NCBI GenBank assembly: GCA_001687465.1
Contig: LVLI01000090.1
Location: forward strand, 1 to 64,000
DNA from: Halocafeteria seosinensis
Taxonomy: Eukaryota
DNA: 64,000 nt
Direction of reading: 5' to 3'
Part shown: positions 1 to 11,900 of the stretch, piece by piece
Numbering within the stretch: position 1 is the first letter of the stretch
Layout: each line of letters opens with the position of its first letter
Notes under the pieces: model-generated
Databases searched by the model: none
Told to the model about the DNA's origin: nothing
Seen by the model: only the letters and a program-made list of their open reading frames with translations
Made by a program: the position numbers and the translations under genes

Positions 1-146
1 CTGGTTAAGCTCAGGAGGCATCGGGGGAGGAGCCATGCCTGCGCCCACAATGTCAGAGGTACCGACAAGGCTCAGTCTGGCAGGAGAAGACCCTGAGCCT
101 GCCACAGCGGCGCCAACGCCAAGACCGGTTGCAGCAGCGCAGGCAG
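1..146 (-). repeat. Dispersed repeat, copy 1 (inverted relative to copy 2; cut by the window edge)
   Basis: 1-146 is the near-perfect reverse complement of 539-684 (e.g. ATGCCTGCGCCCACAATGTCAGAGGTACCG matches 623-652 on the opposite strand). Confidence 0.95.
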
Positions 147-538
147 CTTCTGTAGCAAGTACAACTGACAATCTGGGAGACCAGTACACCCATGCGTATT
201 TCCTTTCTGCGACTGTACCGACGGTACAGTACCGTTGCATGTGATCTCGCAACTTACGGTTCCTTCTCGATTCAGCAGCGCTGACTCACTGAGTTCCTGA
301 CACTGAACGGACAGAAGTTGGCTTAATGTGATTTAGCTCGAAAGATGGAAATCGAATCGATGGGCTAGGAGCGTAGCAGTTTAGTGACACCCTTACCAAT
401 GTGCATGTAGGCTGGCTGTGTACTTACATGTGCCAAAGCACACAGACACACGGTGAGATAACAGCGTTGGGTTGATTAAGGGGTCAGGTGGTGGCTTGTC
501 ATTGGTCACAACTGTTGCGACGGGAACAACACTTAATC

Positions 539-830
539 CTGCCTGTGCTGCTGCAACCGGTCTTAGCGTCGGCGTCGCTGTGGCAGGCTCAGGGTCTTCT
601 CCTGCCAGACTGAGCCTTGACGGTACCTCTGACATTGTGGGCGCAGGCATGGCTCCTCCTCCGATGCCTCCTGAGCAAAACCAGTGTTGTGTTCCCTCAC
701 GGCGCATGTCAGCAAGGCTGCAGGAACAGCGGGCCCGTCGCTGCTTAACACGGCCGCATGCCGCTCCTCGTTAAGAGGATGCGGTCAATTGCCCGGCCGG
801 TGGGCTATCTGTCACATATGTGTGTGTGTG
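539..830 (+). repeat. Dispersed repeat, copy 2, ending in TGTCACATA(TG)n; possible 3' end of a retroposon
   Basis: 579-830 matches 34768-35022 with about nine mismatches by eye. It has an open frame ending ...RRMSARLQEQRARRCLTRPHAAPR-TAA (774), then about 35 nt and a TG tail. Confidence 0.9.
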
Positions 831-1475
831 ATTAAGCCGATGTTCCTAGATCGAACTGAAAAAAGCTGGCTGCAAGTGGATTAGCTTAGCTCGACAGGGA
901 ATCGATCGCCGATGAAGGCAGCAGAGTTTGCATATACTCTACCCAATGTGCATGGAAGCTGGTTGGCCAATGGTTGCGTGCGAGAGAGCAAACTAACCCC
1001 ATCGACATCCACAATCAAGAATCCCACGTGTTATCAGCAACAGCAAGTTGGTTGAAAGCAATACGCTAGATCGAGTTGCTGTCAATGGCGTAATGTCTCG
1101 GGTGTCATCCGATGGTGGATGTCGTACTGTCCGGCTCCCTGCGAATTCCCAGGCTATCATACAACCAGAACGTTAGAATTTCTCAATTCCAGCGGAAACT
1201 GAGACTTGTAGAAACAAGATTCCTTCCCAAGTTGAAGTTGCATCGGAATATCGAGACTGTTTTGTAAGCCGTTGGCAAAGAGGGATTCCGACTGGTCTGT
1301 TGAAGTCGGCTTTCCCTGTAGATTGCCCAGCGGAGGTTCCTTCACCCTTTTTGTCGTTTTCTTCTGCGGGAAAACACCTTTGAAGAGGTAAGTGGCCCGT
1401 ATGTGTCTCATTATAGCTATGTTGTCTGTCTTGTAAGCAACGGGCTACAAGTGAAAAGTCAATTCTTAGCCCACC

Positions 1476-4400
1476 ATGACGGAAAATGAATTCCAAGCGC
1501 GTGGAAGCGGGGGAGAGAGCCAAAGAAAACCAGCGAAAGTCGTCCGATGGAAGAATATGGGCTTCAATGTTCTAGTGCAATGCGTGCTAATAGCGGCTGT
1601 ACTTTTAGTACTCCTTGCACAAGAATTGCTTGGTGTGGCTGCCGAGAAGAGCCTGTTAAGGAGCCAGAGGAAAATGGAGGAACAATGTGTCCCTGGATTT
1701 CAGTTCGAAAACACTGACAGTAGCTGGGTGGGAGCAGAAACATGCATCTCCGTCCACATGGATGGAGAGACATGGAAAGATGCTCAGGACGCATGCGAAG
1801 CAACAGAGTCTACACTGCTCATTCTAAATGATGCCTCGGAAAGAGACTTCCTTGTCTCCTTGTTGAATGAGGGAGACATGATCCACCTCGGCTACTCCCG
1901 TATGCAATACGTACGTAGCAGCCTGCTTTGCAACGTTAGAAAAGGATAATCAAAAGTTTCCGCTCTTATTTGCAGAGACTTGAGTCTGACTTTGACTTTG
2001 GTACCTCGCACCATTGGAATAAATTCTTACAGCAGTACAGCACCTTCGAGCTCCCCTGGAAGTCTAGTACGTAAATTGTTCGCTTAGAATGTAGATCACA
2101 TGACAGTCCGGAATTTTTCTTCTACTACAGTTGACGGGGAAAGCCACGCTGAAGGGCCACCGCGAACAGACTACCATTGCACGGCTGCTAAAGTCTTGGG
2201 AGGAGAGGTCTTCTTCGTCCCGATTGAGTGCGATGTGGAGAAACTTCCCTTCGTCTGCAGAAGAAAGACTCTGACTTTTCTACCAACTCCCACAGCGACG
2301 ACAACCCCGACACACACAAGAACTCCAACAGGAACTCCCACTGCATCACCCTCAGTTACGCCAACTGTATCGTCTCTCTCTCAGACACCTTCCGTGTCTC
2401 CTTGGCCTACTGGAACCACCACTGGCTCAATAACCCCGACAGGGAATCCCACCCCTTCGAGCTCGTCTTCAAACACTGCGCGGGCAACGCCTTCCAACTC
2501 GGCTACCGTAAGTGCAAGTCATTCTCCAAAAGGCACGGCGTCCTCTTCCCCTTCGGAAGACTCAGCGGCAGCAAAAGGAGAACATTGTCCGGAAAACTGG
2601 AATCAATTTGATGTAGAAGGAGAGTTACTGGAACTGCCCGAATGTGTCGCTTTCCATGAAGAGCTTATGACATGGCAAGAGGCAATGGAGTACTGCGGTG
2701 AACAAGTAGAAGAAGGGGGTCCATTCTCAAGTCTATTTGTAGCCTATTCGGACGACGAAATCGACGCTATTGGGGAAATGGTGAAGCAAGCACTCGGTAC
2801 TGCAGATTTTGAAGTCCATATGGGACACAGACGCGCCATCGAAGATAACATGGACCGTTTCACAGTAACTGGACAATGGGTTTGGCTACCTTACAAAATG
2901 GAGATACACGACTACCTGCCAACTTGGGAAGAAGATATTATCTCCGACGTCCCTGATGACTGTATCACGGGTGATGAAGGCGAGATTGACCCAAACTGTG
3001 ACACGGGAGAGAGAGGTGTGATCGGTTTGGAGGGAAGAAATTGCTCATTAGCCCGTACGGAAGTAATCACCAATCCGAATGACCCGTCGGAGCAAAGGAT
3101 GACGATGTTGTTTAAAGACATCAAATGCACGCAAAAGCTGGCGTACCCGATTTGCCGAAGACCCTCATATAAATGGTCCCCTCCTCCTTCGGCAACTCCA
3201 TCACCAAAGGGCACAGGGACCCAAACCCCATATCCCACGAATTTCCCTACGACGACTGCAACGCTACCACCAACAGCCTGTCCAACCCCCAGCACTACCC
3301 CTATGGGAACTGGTACGCCAACCACGAGTATTTCTATAACGCCCTCCGCATCTATGACCTTTCTCCCATCGGACTATATCCCCCCTGCCCCAACACCCTC
3401 GAACAGTCCGACCGCATCAATAACCCCTTCCTCTACCAAGGGTACTCCTACCGCTACAGCGACAACATCCGCGTCTCCAGGATGGTGCCCTCTAAATTGG
3501 CAGAACGCTGTTGACGTACCCAGAGACAACGATAACACTTGTTTCTTGCTTGAGACCACACTGAATAGTACATGGGCGGATGCTCGTGCCAATTGCCAGT
3601 TTCTAGGTGGTGACTTGGCTGTCTTCAGAAGTTTCGCTGAGGAGGATTTTATTCGTACTACCATTTACGCATATTTGCTAGAAGAGGAGGCGCTGATGGA
3701 TGAGACCATCGGCTTTCACGTAGGGATTGTGGCGAACGTTGCACAGCAAAAATGGTCCCCACTAAGCTTTGAGGGTACACCGATATCCCCGTACGAACCA
3801 TCGATGACATGGGCAACCGAAAATTTTACCGCTCCTCCTGTTTCCGATTTGGGAGACCAATGTGTTCAGCTTCGAGAGTCTTTCCAATTTGGCTTGCAGT
3901 TTCACCCAATACCGTGTGATGGACCGGTATATGGTTTGTCAGTATGTGTGGCCTCACCAAACAAAGGTAGTCCCACTCCTAGCGTTTCCCCGATTAGTCG
4001 TACGCCCTGGCCGACAGCCGACGAAACGCCGACAGCGGACTCAACAATGAGCCCCACAATTTCGGCCAGCAGCAGCACCACACCCAGTTTGTCGAATACA
4101 CCGGATCCGACTAGCACGCCAAGTCCGACAGAGTTTACGGCGAGTCGAACCCCGAGCACATCCTCGTTTCCTACTATCACGGCAACACCTTCGTCGTCTA
4201 GCACGAAAAGCGCGACGCCAAGTCCAGGAGCTTGTCCTGACGGATGGGATTTCGGTCTTGATATTCCTATCGATGGTGGAGAAACATGCTATAAGCTTTT
4301 CTCAGATACTCCATTAACTTGGGAGCAAGCCAACAGCGAATGTGCGGAGGCAGCGCCCGGATTTGGGGTGACGCCTATGCTGGCACCCATTAGATCGGCT

Positions 4401-6275
4401 AAAGAACGTGAATTCATAATAAGGAAGGGATCATCTCAATTTACACTTGGAAACACCATTCATGTTGGTTTCAGAAATACGGACAACAATATATGGAAGT
4501 GGCTACCTTGGTATTCTGCAGGAGTGAGTGATTTCGAAATCGCTTTTGCGGAAGGAAAGAGTGGCCTTGGTCTCGAGCAGTGCGGCTCGATCGACTCTGT
4601 CGGGAAGATTGTTCCTGTTATGTGCAGTGATGCGGACACGCGGGCGTACATATGCTCGGTTCATAGCAAGTCTACATTGCCCTCATCTGCTCCGACGACG
4701 ACCCCGACAACCACAGCCACCCCTTCAATTACTGCCACAGGTACAGGGACGCCTACTCGCCCGCCACCTATGTGTCCTCCTGAATTTTTTGGGTTCGCTT
4801 GGACACTCTACCATGAAAAAACAGAGGACAGGTACTGCTACCTGGACGCCGGTGCCGGGAGAGGTTGGATAAATCTCTTTGGCGTGTGCGTTGACTTCGC
4901 CAGTGGGGTTGAAACTGCCAGATATCCGATTATTCGTGGGCCACAAACAATTGATGCCCTCCGAGACCTCATTTCCTCCGAAGAGGCACTGGTACCAATC
5001 GGATATGTGGCTACAGACAGCGGGTTTTCCGAAAGGGTTACTCCGGAAGACCCAGATAACCCCAAATGGCACTGGATATGGAGCAACGGGGAGGACTTGT
5101 CACAGTACAATGGAATTATTGGTGAGGATAGTGTTGTCTCTTGGAAGGACAACGTTGAACCCGATCCTCAAGGAGAGAAACGTTGCGCGGTATTGCACAT
5201 AACTGCTTCAACAGAGTTTGTAGAGGCAATTCACTGTGAAGACAACAGTTTGCTTCTCGAGCAGATTTGCGCTGTTGCAGCGTACCCAGATAGAGCACCA
5301 TTCCCCTCCGCTACTCCGACTCCTAGCTCTACTCCTACACCTACACATACTCCAACATCAACCCGAACGCAAACGGGAACTCCCACTCCTTCAAGCACCC
5401 GCACACAGACACCGACGCGGACTCCTACAAGAACGAGAACTCCCACGCCGAGCTCCACTGGTACAAGGACCCCTACTCCTTCCCACACAAGAACGCCTTC
5501 ATCCACGAGAACTCAAACGCAAACTCCATCTGGAACGCAGACGCGGACGCCCACCCACACACGAACTCCGACTGCTAGTCACACTGCTCCTAACACTCCC
5601 GCAGTGACTGGTACCCCGTCTACTACCAATACGGCGAGGGAGACACCAGCACAGACACCAACAACTGCAGCAGTAGCTCCTTCACCAACAGCTGGAGCAG
5701 TCGCTGCTTCACCAAAGGAAACGCCAGCGTCGACGAAAGCCTCTCCTGTAGAACCTTCCACTCAAGCCACTTCCGCACCTGACACAACGAGAGCTGTTAC
5801 ACCAGCCAGTATGACCCCAGCGTCGAATCCGAATGAGAACGAGCCTAGTGTTTCCCCCACGAGGGCTGCCGACGTTGAAATCCCACCCTCTGCTAGCTCC
5901 ACACCAGACGAGGCTCCTGGTGGTAAGGAAGACCAAGGCACCGAAGAGGACGATGATGAGAGCGGCTCGGGGACGGATGACGAACTTCCTGATGATGGTG
6001 GTCCTTCTGCAGGGAACGATCCGACGAGCACCAAGAAAGCAGATTCTCCTACAGATATGATAGTGGCCGCTATTCTATCAGTACTAGCAGTGGCCGTGTT
6101 AGCTCTTGGGGTATGGTATATTCACCAAAGACGCAGCATGCCCAAACGACGTCGGCGACGACAGGTAATTGAAGAAGGAGAAATACACGCAAACCTGAAT
6201 CCGATTACCATGGGAAATACGTCTACAAGAGCAAGTCGGTTTCCAGGGTCGACACTAACAAGTACTGTTCAGTGA
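1476..6275 (+). CDS. Type I membrane receptor with five C-type lectin-like domains separated by Pro/Thr/Ser mucin-like linkers
   Basis: Proposed exons 1476-1910, 1976-2066 and 2131-6275 (introns GTACGT..TGCAG and GTACGT..TACAG keep frame). Signal-like hydrophobic segment after M1557. Five C-(x)P..C..(T)W..A...C modules begin CVPGF, CPENW, CPLNW, CPDGW and CPPEF. Long TPTPS tracts, TM IVAAILSVLAVAVLALGVWYI and a basic stop-transfer RRRRR. Confidence 0.85.
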
Positions 6276-6449
6276 AGCGGTCGCCGCATACATTGATATT
6301 GCAGAATTCAAGGATCTACTTTGTTCCAGCACACACTCCAATGCTGTAATAATATTGAACAGAATTTATATAAGAGCAGGCAGACTCTAAACCAATACAC
6401 TCTGAGCTGTATCGAACGAATACTGTAGTTGTTGTACAATCGTAACTAC

Positions 6450-9076
6450 TCATATGTTGGAGACCGTAGCTACCAAACCGCCGAATCCTCGACGGGCATT
6501 CATCTTGGGTATACTGTTGTGCCTCCATACCGGTTCAGCGGCATATAAGACAGTCGAGCTGCGGCGATTAGGTCGCGGGAATTTTCTGATACCACCACTG
6601 AGTACTAACCCATTAATACTCTCCAATGCTGCAGCGCAGTGGCCAGAAACAGCAGCATCAGCTGGTAGGTTCGGCACCTCCACCTGTTGTGTTGGATGTC
6701 GACCCCGGAGATCGACAGCACATACCTCTGATGTTCCTGAGAGATTTCCTTTGTCTCCTCCAATTACAATGAGCTCGTGACCATACCATAAACAAGAATG
6801 AAATGCCTTGGGATAGGGCAAATCTGAAACGTACTGCGAGCAGCTACTGCGCAGATCTGTTAGTTCTATAGAAGGAGTTGCGGAACTTTCGTCAAACGCA
6901 TCACAAAGACCTCCAACCGAAAGGAACGTCTGGTAAGATTGATACAACGGAGCCACCGCATGATGCACCCTCGGGGTTAGTAGCTTCGTCGAAGCATAGT
7001 ACCATTTGTCCCTAAGAATATCATACAGTTCAACAAGCTGCATTTTCTGTTTTACCTCTTGAGGGTTGTTTGCCACTGGCCGAACACCGCCCGACACGGC
7101 GATGTTCTCGTTGTCGATGAGCATTGCCGACATCCCGAAACATGGTTCCGTCATTGACGAGATCGGACAGCTGTCATGCCCTTTGTAAGAGGTCTGTAAC
7201 TTGTCCGTCACGGTAGTTATTTTTGTACAAGTCCTGAGGACTTGATTGCCCTTTCTTCCCCCGCATACAATGAATCCATCAGGGCGTTCTACAGAAGCAA
7301 ACTGCTCAGCAGGCACACTAAGTCCAGAAACAGACTCCCAATGAGCCATTCCTGGTTTCCATCTTTCAATAGTTTGAGAATTGTTTCCTCTCCCACCGAA
7401 TGCATACAACCACTCCGGACATCTGTCAGTGATTGATTTCTTCGCATCCGCTGCGACAACACAGCCAGTCTTGATTTCGAACTCGGATAAACTGCTTTCA
7501 AGTTTAACCCAATGGTTTCCTGTGGAGCCCTTTGAAGCAGTTCTGTAAGCTGGAGTAATACAGAACGACTGGGGTGAAGCTGTAATAAGACTGTCTTCTT
7601 TCCCTTCTTCTTTTTTCGCGGAGCCATAATTTTCTTTCTCTTGACGTGCTCGTTTATTTTGCGAGATGCCAATCGGAGTCATTGGATGCTGTATCCGAGG
7701 CATTTCGCTCCAGCTGACTCCAGTACAGCCGCTCAGCTCTTCATAAGAAATGAGAGCACTTGCATGGTCTGAAGGTAGTAATCCCGGAAGCCCATGCCAT
7801 TTATTTCCCGAAGAATCCGTTGCGTTACATCCTTGATAGAGCTGCAGACCTACTTGTGTTCGCGGGTCGTAAACGACTCGGAAGCAATCAGGGTCGCCGA
7901 GCGCGTAGTTCTTCTGCGGAGTACAAGGCAACGTAGACTGACGTGGACAAGCAAATGTCCCATATCATCCTCGCCAACGTACCTGTCGCAATCCAAGAAT
8001 CCCCTGTATGAATGCAATCGAGTATTTGTTCTCATCCTCGAATTTAATTTGACTAGATAGACATCTGTAAAATCCTCCAGTAAAAGCTGTAGCGGCGTTA
8101 TTCTCGACTACAGTATTCCAATATATGACCGTAGATATTCCTGCGTCATAAAGTTTCGAGGCTAGAGAGGCTGTACAGCAACCATTCAACACGACACATT
8201 CCAATCGCCCGCCAAATCGCGGAGTCTGCGCTCCACGGCAGAAGATATAATCATGATGCCACAGAGAGGCTCTGATAGTAAACATACAAAGGACTTAAGC
8301 ATTGTGGCCAAAGTATCTGGTGCCATTGCGTCGGCCGATCCATCGGGCTGAATAAAGCCCAAAGTAGTCTCCATTCCTTGAGGTCCGTTGTCTGAAATGA
8401 CCTTTTCGACATTTAGACAGACGACACGAGCTCTTCATCAGCGTCACACGTTACGTACAACAGTAAATCATATCCCCATGTCCCGAAAAATGAAGAATTT
8501 TGGGACGTCGTCGTATCATGGCGTGCTGCAACTGCCCAGCGCTGCAACAGAGTAGGACGTCGTCTAGTCCACTCAGGATGCCTGATGTGTGCAAAGAGAC
8601 AAGGGCGACAAAGAAAATTGTCAATGTCACATATGGTATCATATTTGGTGCCATTCCACTAGCAGCCGTGACTTACCACTATCTTTCAATTCTTGTTGCT
8701 CCGGAAGAAGATTCAATGTCTTGTCGGCGATTCCTTCGGATTCGCAGAACACGGCCAGAACCAACGACCCCGTTTTCTCTCCGTTTCTTCCTGTTCCCGT
8801 CGAAAATTGGCTTCCTTGGATAGAAGAAGACTCAATGGAACTGTGCGGGGAAGGATCTTTCGGTGCTGGGAAAGAATTAGGTTTTTCGGAAGCGGCGCCG
8901 TCTTGACTCCCTCCACTTTGCACAGAAACTGACGACCGTCCGGCTTCATCTTCTTCTTCTGACATCCTCACCTCCTGGTACGTGTTGGGAAGAGAGGAGG
9001 AGGATGAAGAGGTCCTCCCGCTTTCAGTCGAGCGGCTCTTTGCTGCGGAGCGTTGAGGATAGTTCTTCTGGTCCAT
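6450..9076 (-). CDS. CHAT (caspase HetF-associated) protease domain fused to a C-terminal Kelch beta-propeller, about 777 aa
   Basis: Exons 9076-8677, 8581-8459, 8391-8288, 8225-7983 and 7913-6450 join in frame through canonical GT-AG introns of 95, 67, 62 and 69 bp (2334 nt in total). CHAT motifs LNLLPEQQEL, PKILHFSGHG, LECVVLNGC and AATAFTGGFYRCL. Kelch GG repeats LYAFGG, IVCGG, IAVSGG..VELYD...DKW, LSVGG, LIVIGG and LVLSGG. Confidence 0.85.
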
Positions 9077-9869
9077 TCTGTAGATCGCTCGCCCTGTACA
9101 AGCTATAGCGCACTACTCGCACGACCGTAACCTGCTCCTGAAAACAAATTAATAGCGCCTAACGTAGCCGGTGGAAAGGTAAAAAGGCCTGAAAACACCT
9201 CCAGACGGTGCGCCTCCCGAACTTCGCACACCGGTTTGACAAAAACAAGCTACACACTTGAAAATGGTGCCTTCCAGTACAGAAAAACTATACAGTACAG
9301 GTGAACAATTTTGTTCTCTCTTTGGGGCTGACAAACAAAATCCCACCGGTGTCTTAAAACACACTGTATAAAGTGGTGTTCTGCAGAACTTGGAAGCCTT
9401 GGCGCGGCGGGATGCCAGTTCTCTACGCCGGAGTTGGGCAGGGATACCGTGGACCGACTGCGTAGTGGTTGCATCGTGCACCTACTTCAGACACCGCAGG
9501 TAACGTCGGCGAGGATGTGTTTATGGAAAAGGCACACCGAAAAGGCAACCATAGAATTGATTTTCAGGAACTTTCGTGTACGGAACGCGAACAACCGCCC
9601 ACCAACACGAATGCAGATGCAACTGAATGTGTCAGTGTGTACAATGTATTATACCCACAAGTTGTCGTACTCTACCATAAAAGTGGTTACACCATCCGTA
9701 TCTGTATATTAGGTTTTCACCCTGGTCTTGGGGCCTGGTTCTATTCAGTCTTATTGATGACTTGATCATCAGACTTGCGCTGGTGATCCCGCAGTGAAAA
9801 TCAATCTTCATCTTTTTGCTGAGAAAAAGTACCGGGACTGTATTTAGTCGTTAGGGTGCATATGAATGA

Positions 9870-10075
9870 ATGGTAGTTAGACAATGGTTCACTTTCTAAA
9901 GTTACAACTGTACAGTTTGATTCATCCAGTACAAAATGTCATCCTTGGTTTACAGACCCCAACGACAACCCGAAGCACGTGCGTCGTATCCATCACATCC
10001 AGTTCAGCCAACTCCAGCAGGATTGTAATTGGAGCTTTCAACTTGGATATGATGATGGTGAATGTGAATCCGTAC
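9870..10075 (+). pseudogene. Possible degenerate fragment of a purple acid phosphatase N-terminal (FN3-like) domain
   Basis: Broken frames give MVVRQWFTF / KVTTVQFD..FTDPNDNPKHVRRIHHIQFSQLQQDCNWSFQLG, resembling the MxVxWxT..VxYG..FxD...IHxVxLxxL..xYxYxVG pattern. Stops and frameshifts are present and no catalytic domain is visible. Confidence 0.3.
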
Positions 10076-10500
10076 TGGTTCCTCTACAGCGGAAGTTCCT
10101 CAATTTGTACCTGTACATTGTACCGGAGTTGGACCGGATCGGTAGAACAAACACAACTCAGCACTGCACTGCAGCACTTGTCAGCTTGGAAATACACTTG
10201 GAAAGTCGTTCTGGATTGGCAACAGCACGAAGGACAAGTCCACACGAAAAGCGAGGAAAGGATATACTGCATTAGAGTATCTTATATTTTTTGTTCACCC
10301 ACGCTTTGGCATCATTTAGTGATAGTTTAGGAGGTTGGCATATAAGGTAAGACACCTAGAATTGGCTTTTTGAACAAGGTTGTAGAACATTCCTCTTGTA
10401 GAACATCGGGTCACCTAAGCAGTTTCGTTTTTTTTCCCCGAAGATTTATGTTCTATTATTTAGCTGATACATGTAGTTCCTTTTGATCGCAGAAGGAACA

Positions 10501-11523
10501 ATGCCTGGTACTATGAAAGCCGCGGTCGTAGAAGAACTTGGCAAACCCCTCCACGTAAAGGAGATCGAGATTCCCAAACCAGGAGCTGGACAAGTTCTGG
10601 TTAAACTAGATGTTACCGGGGTATGCCACACTGACGTTCATGCTGCAGATGGCGATTGGCCAATTAAGCCAAGTCCTCCTTTTGTTCCGGGTCATGAAGG
10701 CGTGGGCCATGTCGCAGAACTTGGTTCAGGTGTCACACATTTGAAGCAAGGAGATCATGTGGGAATTCCATGGTTGCATACTGCTTGTTCTCGCTGTGAA
10801 TATTGTATTAATGGGGATGAAAATCTATGCCCCTCCCAGGAAAACACGGGATATAGCGTGAATGGTACTTTCGCTGAATATATTCTTGCTGACGCCGAGC
10901 ATGCCACCAAAATTCCTCACCCGCTAAGCTCAGCCGATGCAGCCCCAATTTTGTGCGCTGGTCTTACTACTTATCGGGGTCTGAAAGAAACCAACACCAA
11001 ACCAGGAGATTGGGTGGTTGTTTCTGGCATCGGCGGTCTAGGCCATTTGGGAGTACAGTATGCCAAAGCCATGGGACATCGTGTTATTGCCTTGTCCCGA
11101 ACGCCAGAAAAGCTAGATCTTGCTAAGCAATTGGGGGCCGAGGTAACGGTGAACGTGAGCGAAACTGATCCCGGCAAAGCCGTTCAAGAGAAAGTTGGGG
11201 GTGCCCATGGTGCGTTGGTAACTGCTGTTTCCACAGAAGCTTTCAAGCAAGGGTTAAGTACTTTGAGACGTGGAGGCACGCTTTCCATGGTTGGATTACC
11301 GCCTGGGGAATTTCCGCTTCCCATATTTGAAGTCACTTTGAAAGGCATTGATGTTAAAGGATCTATTGTTGGCACTCGTGCTGACTTGCAGGAAGCTCTC
11401 GAATTTGGAGCGGAAGGAAAAGTGAAATCGAAAGTTGAAACCCAACCTCTTGATAAAGTGAATGACGTCGTAGAACGCCTGAAAAATGGCAATGTTAACG
11501 GACGTGTTGTGTTGACTATGTAA
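10501..11523 (+). CDS. adhP: Zinc-dependent alcohol dehydrogenase, bacterial AdhP/AdhA-like (MDR family), intronless CDS
   Basis: MKAAVV start, GVCHTDVH, PGHEGVG, structural Zn cysteines CSRCEYC...ENLC, AAPILCAGLTTY, Rossmann SGIGGLG, GSIVGTRADLQEAL and GRVVL end. First ATG at 10501. Confidence 0.93.
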   Translation: MPGTMKAAVVEELGKPLHVKEIEIPKPGAGQVLVKLDVTGVCHTDVHAADGDWPIKPSPPFVPGHEGVGHVAELGSGVTHLKQGDHVGIPWLHTACSRCEYCINGDENLCPSQENTGYSVNGTFAEYILADAEHATKIPHPLSSADAAPILCAGLTTYRGLKETNTKPGDWVVVSGIGGLGHLGVQYAKAMGHRVIALSRTPEKLDLAKQLGAEVTVNVSETDPGKAVQEKVGGAHGALVTAVSTEAFKQGLSTLRRGGTLSMVGLPPGEFPLPIFEVTLKGIDVKGSIVGTRADLQEALEFGAEGKVKSKVETQPLDKVNDVVERLKNGNVNGRVVLTM

Positions 11524-11900
11524 ATTGGATCTACACTGGTCTTGAAACAATTATACCACAAATAAACAGTAGTCAAAATCCTCCTTACGATGAGTCACCA
11601 TCAAGAACCGCTTCCATTCCGTAGGATTCAAAGACTATAGTGAGCTAACCTTTTGCCCATTCAAAATACCTGAAATGAGGTAATTCCCTTTCCGGAAATG
11701 CGCAATTTCTGCTGCCTATGGCGAAGTGAGCGAGTGTGGAAGCTCCTGAAATTCATTGCCTTATCTTCCAGGGCTACAGCGACACCAAGACATTAGGTCC
11801 CCACCACGAAGAAGAAGAAGCATCCCGTATTATCCGATCGTTGTATGCCGAACACTGGAGTCGATTATTTGTTAGTTTGGTAGAGACTGCACTTCGCCTG

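Noticed and set aside
5310..5580. Thr-Pro-Thr-Arg tandem repeat as a separate element
   Set aside because: It is the mucin-like stalk of the lectin receptor, with varied codons.
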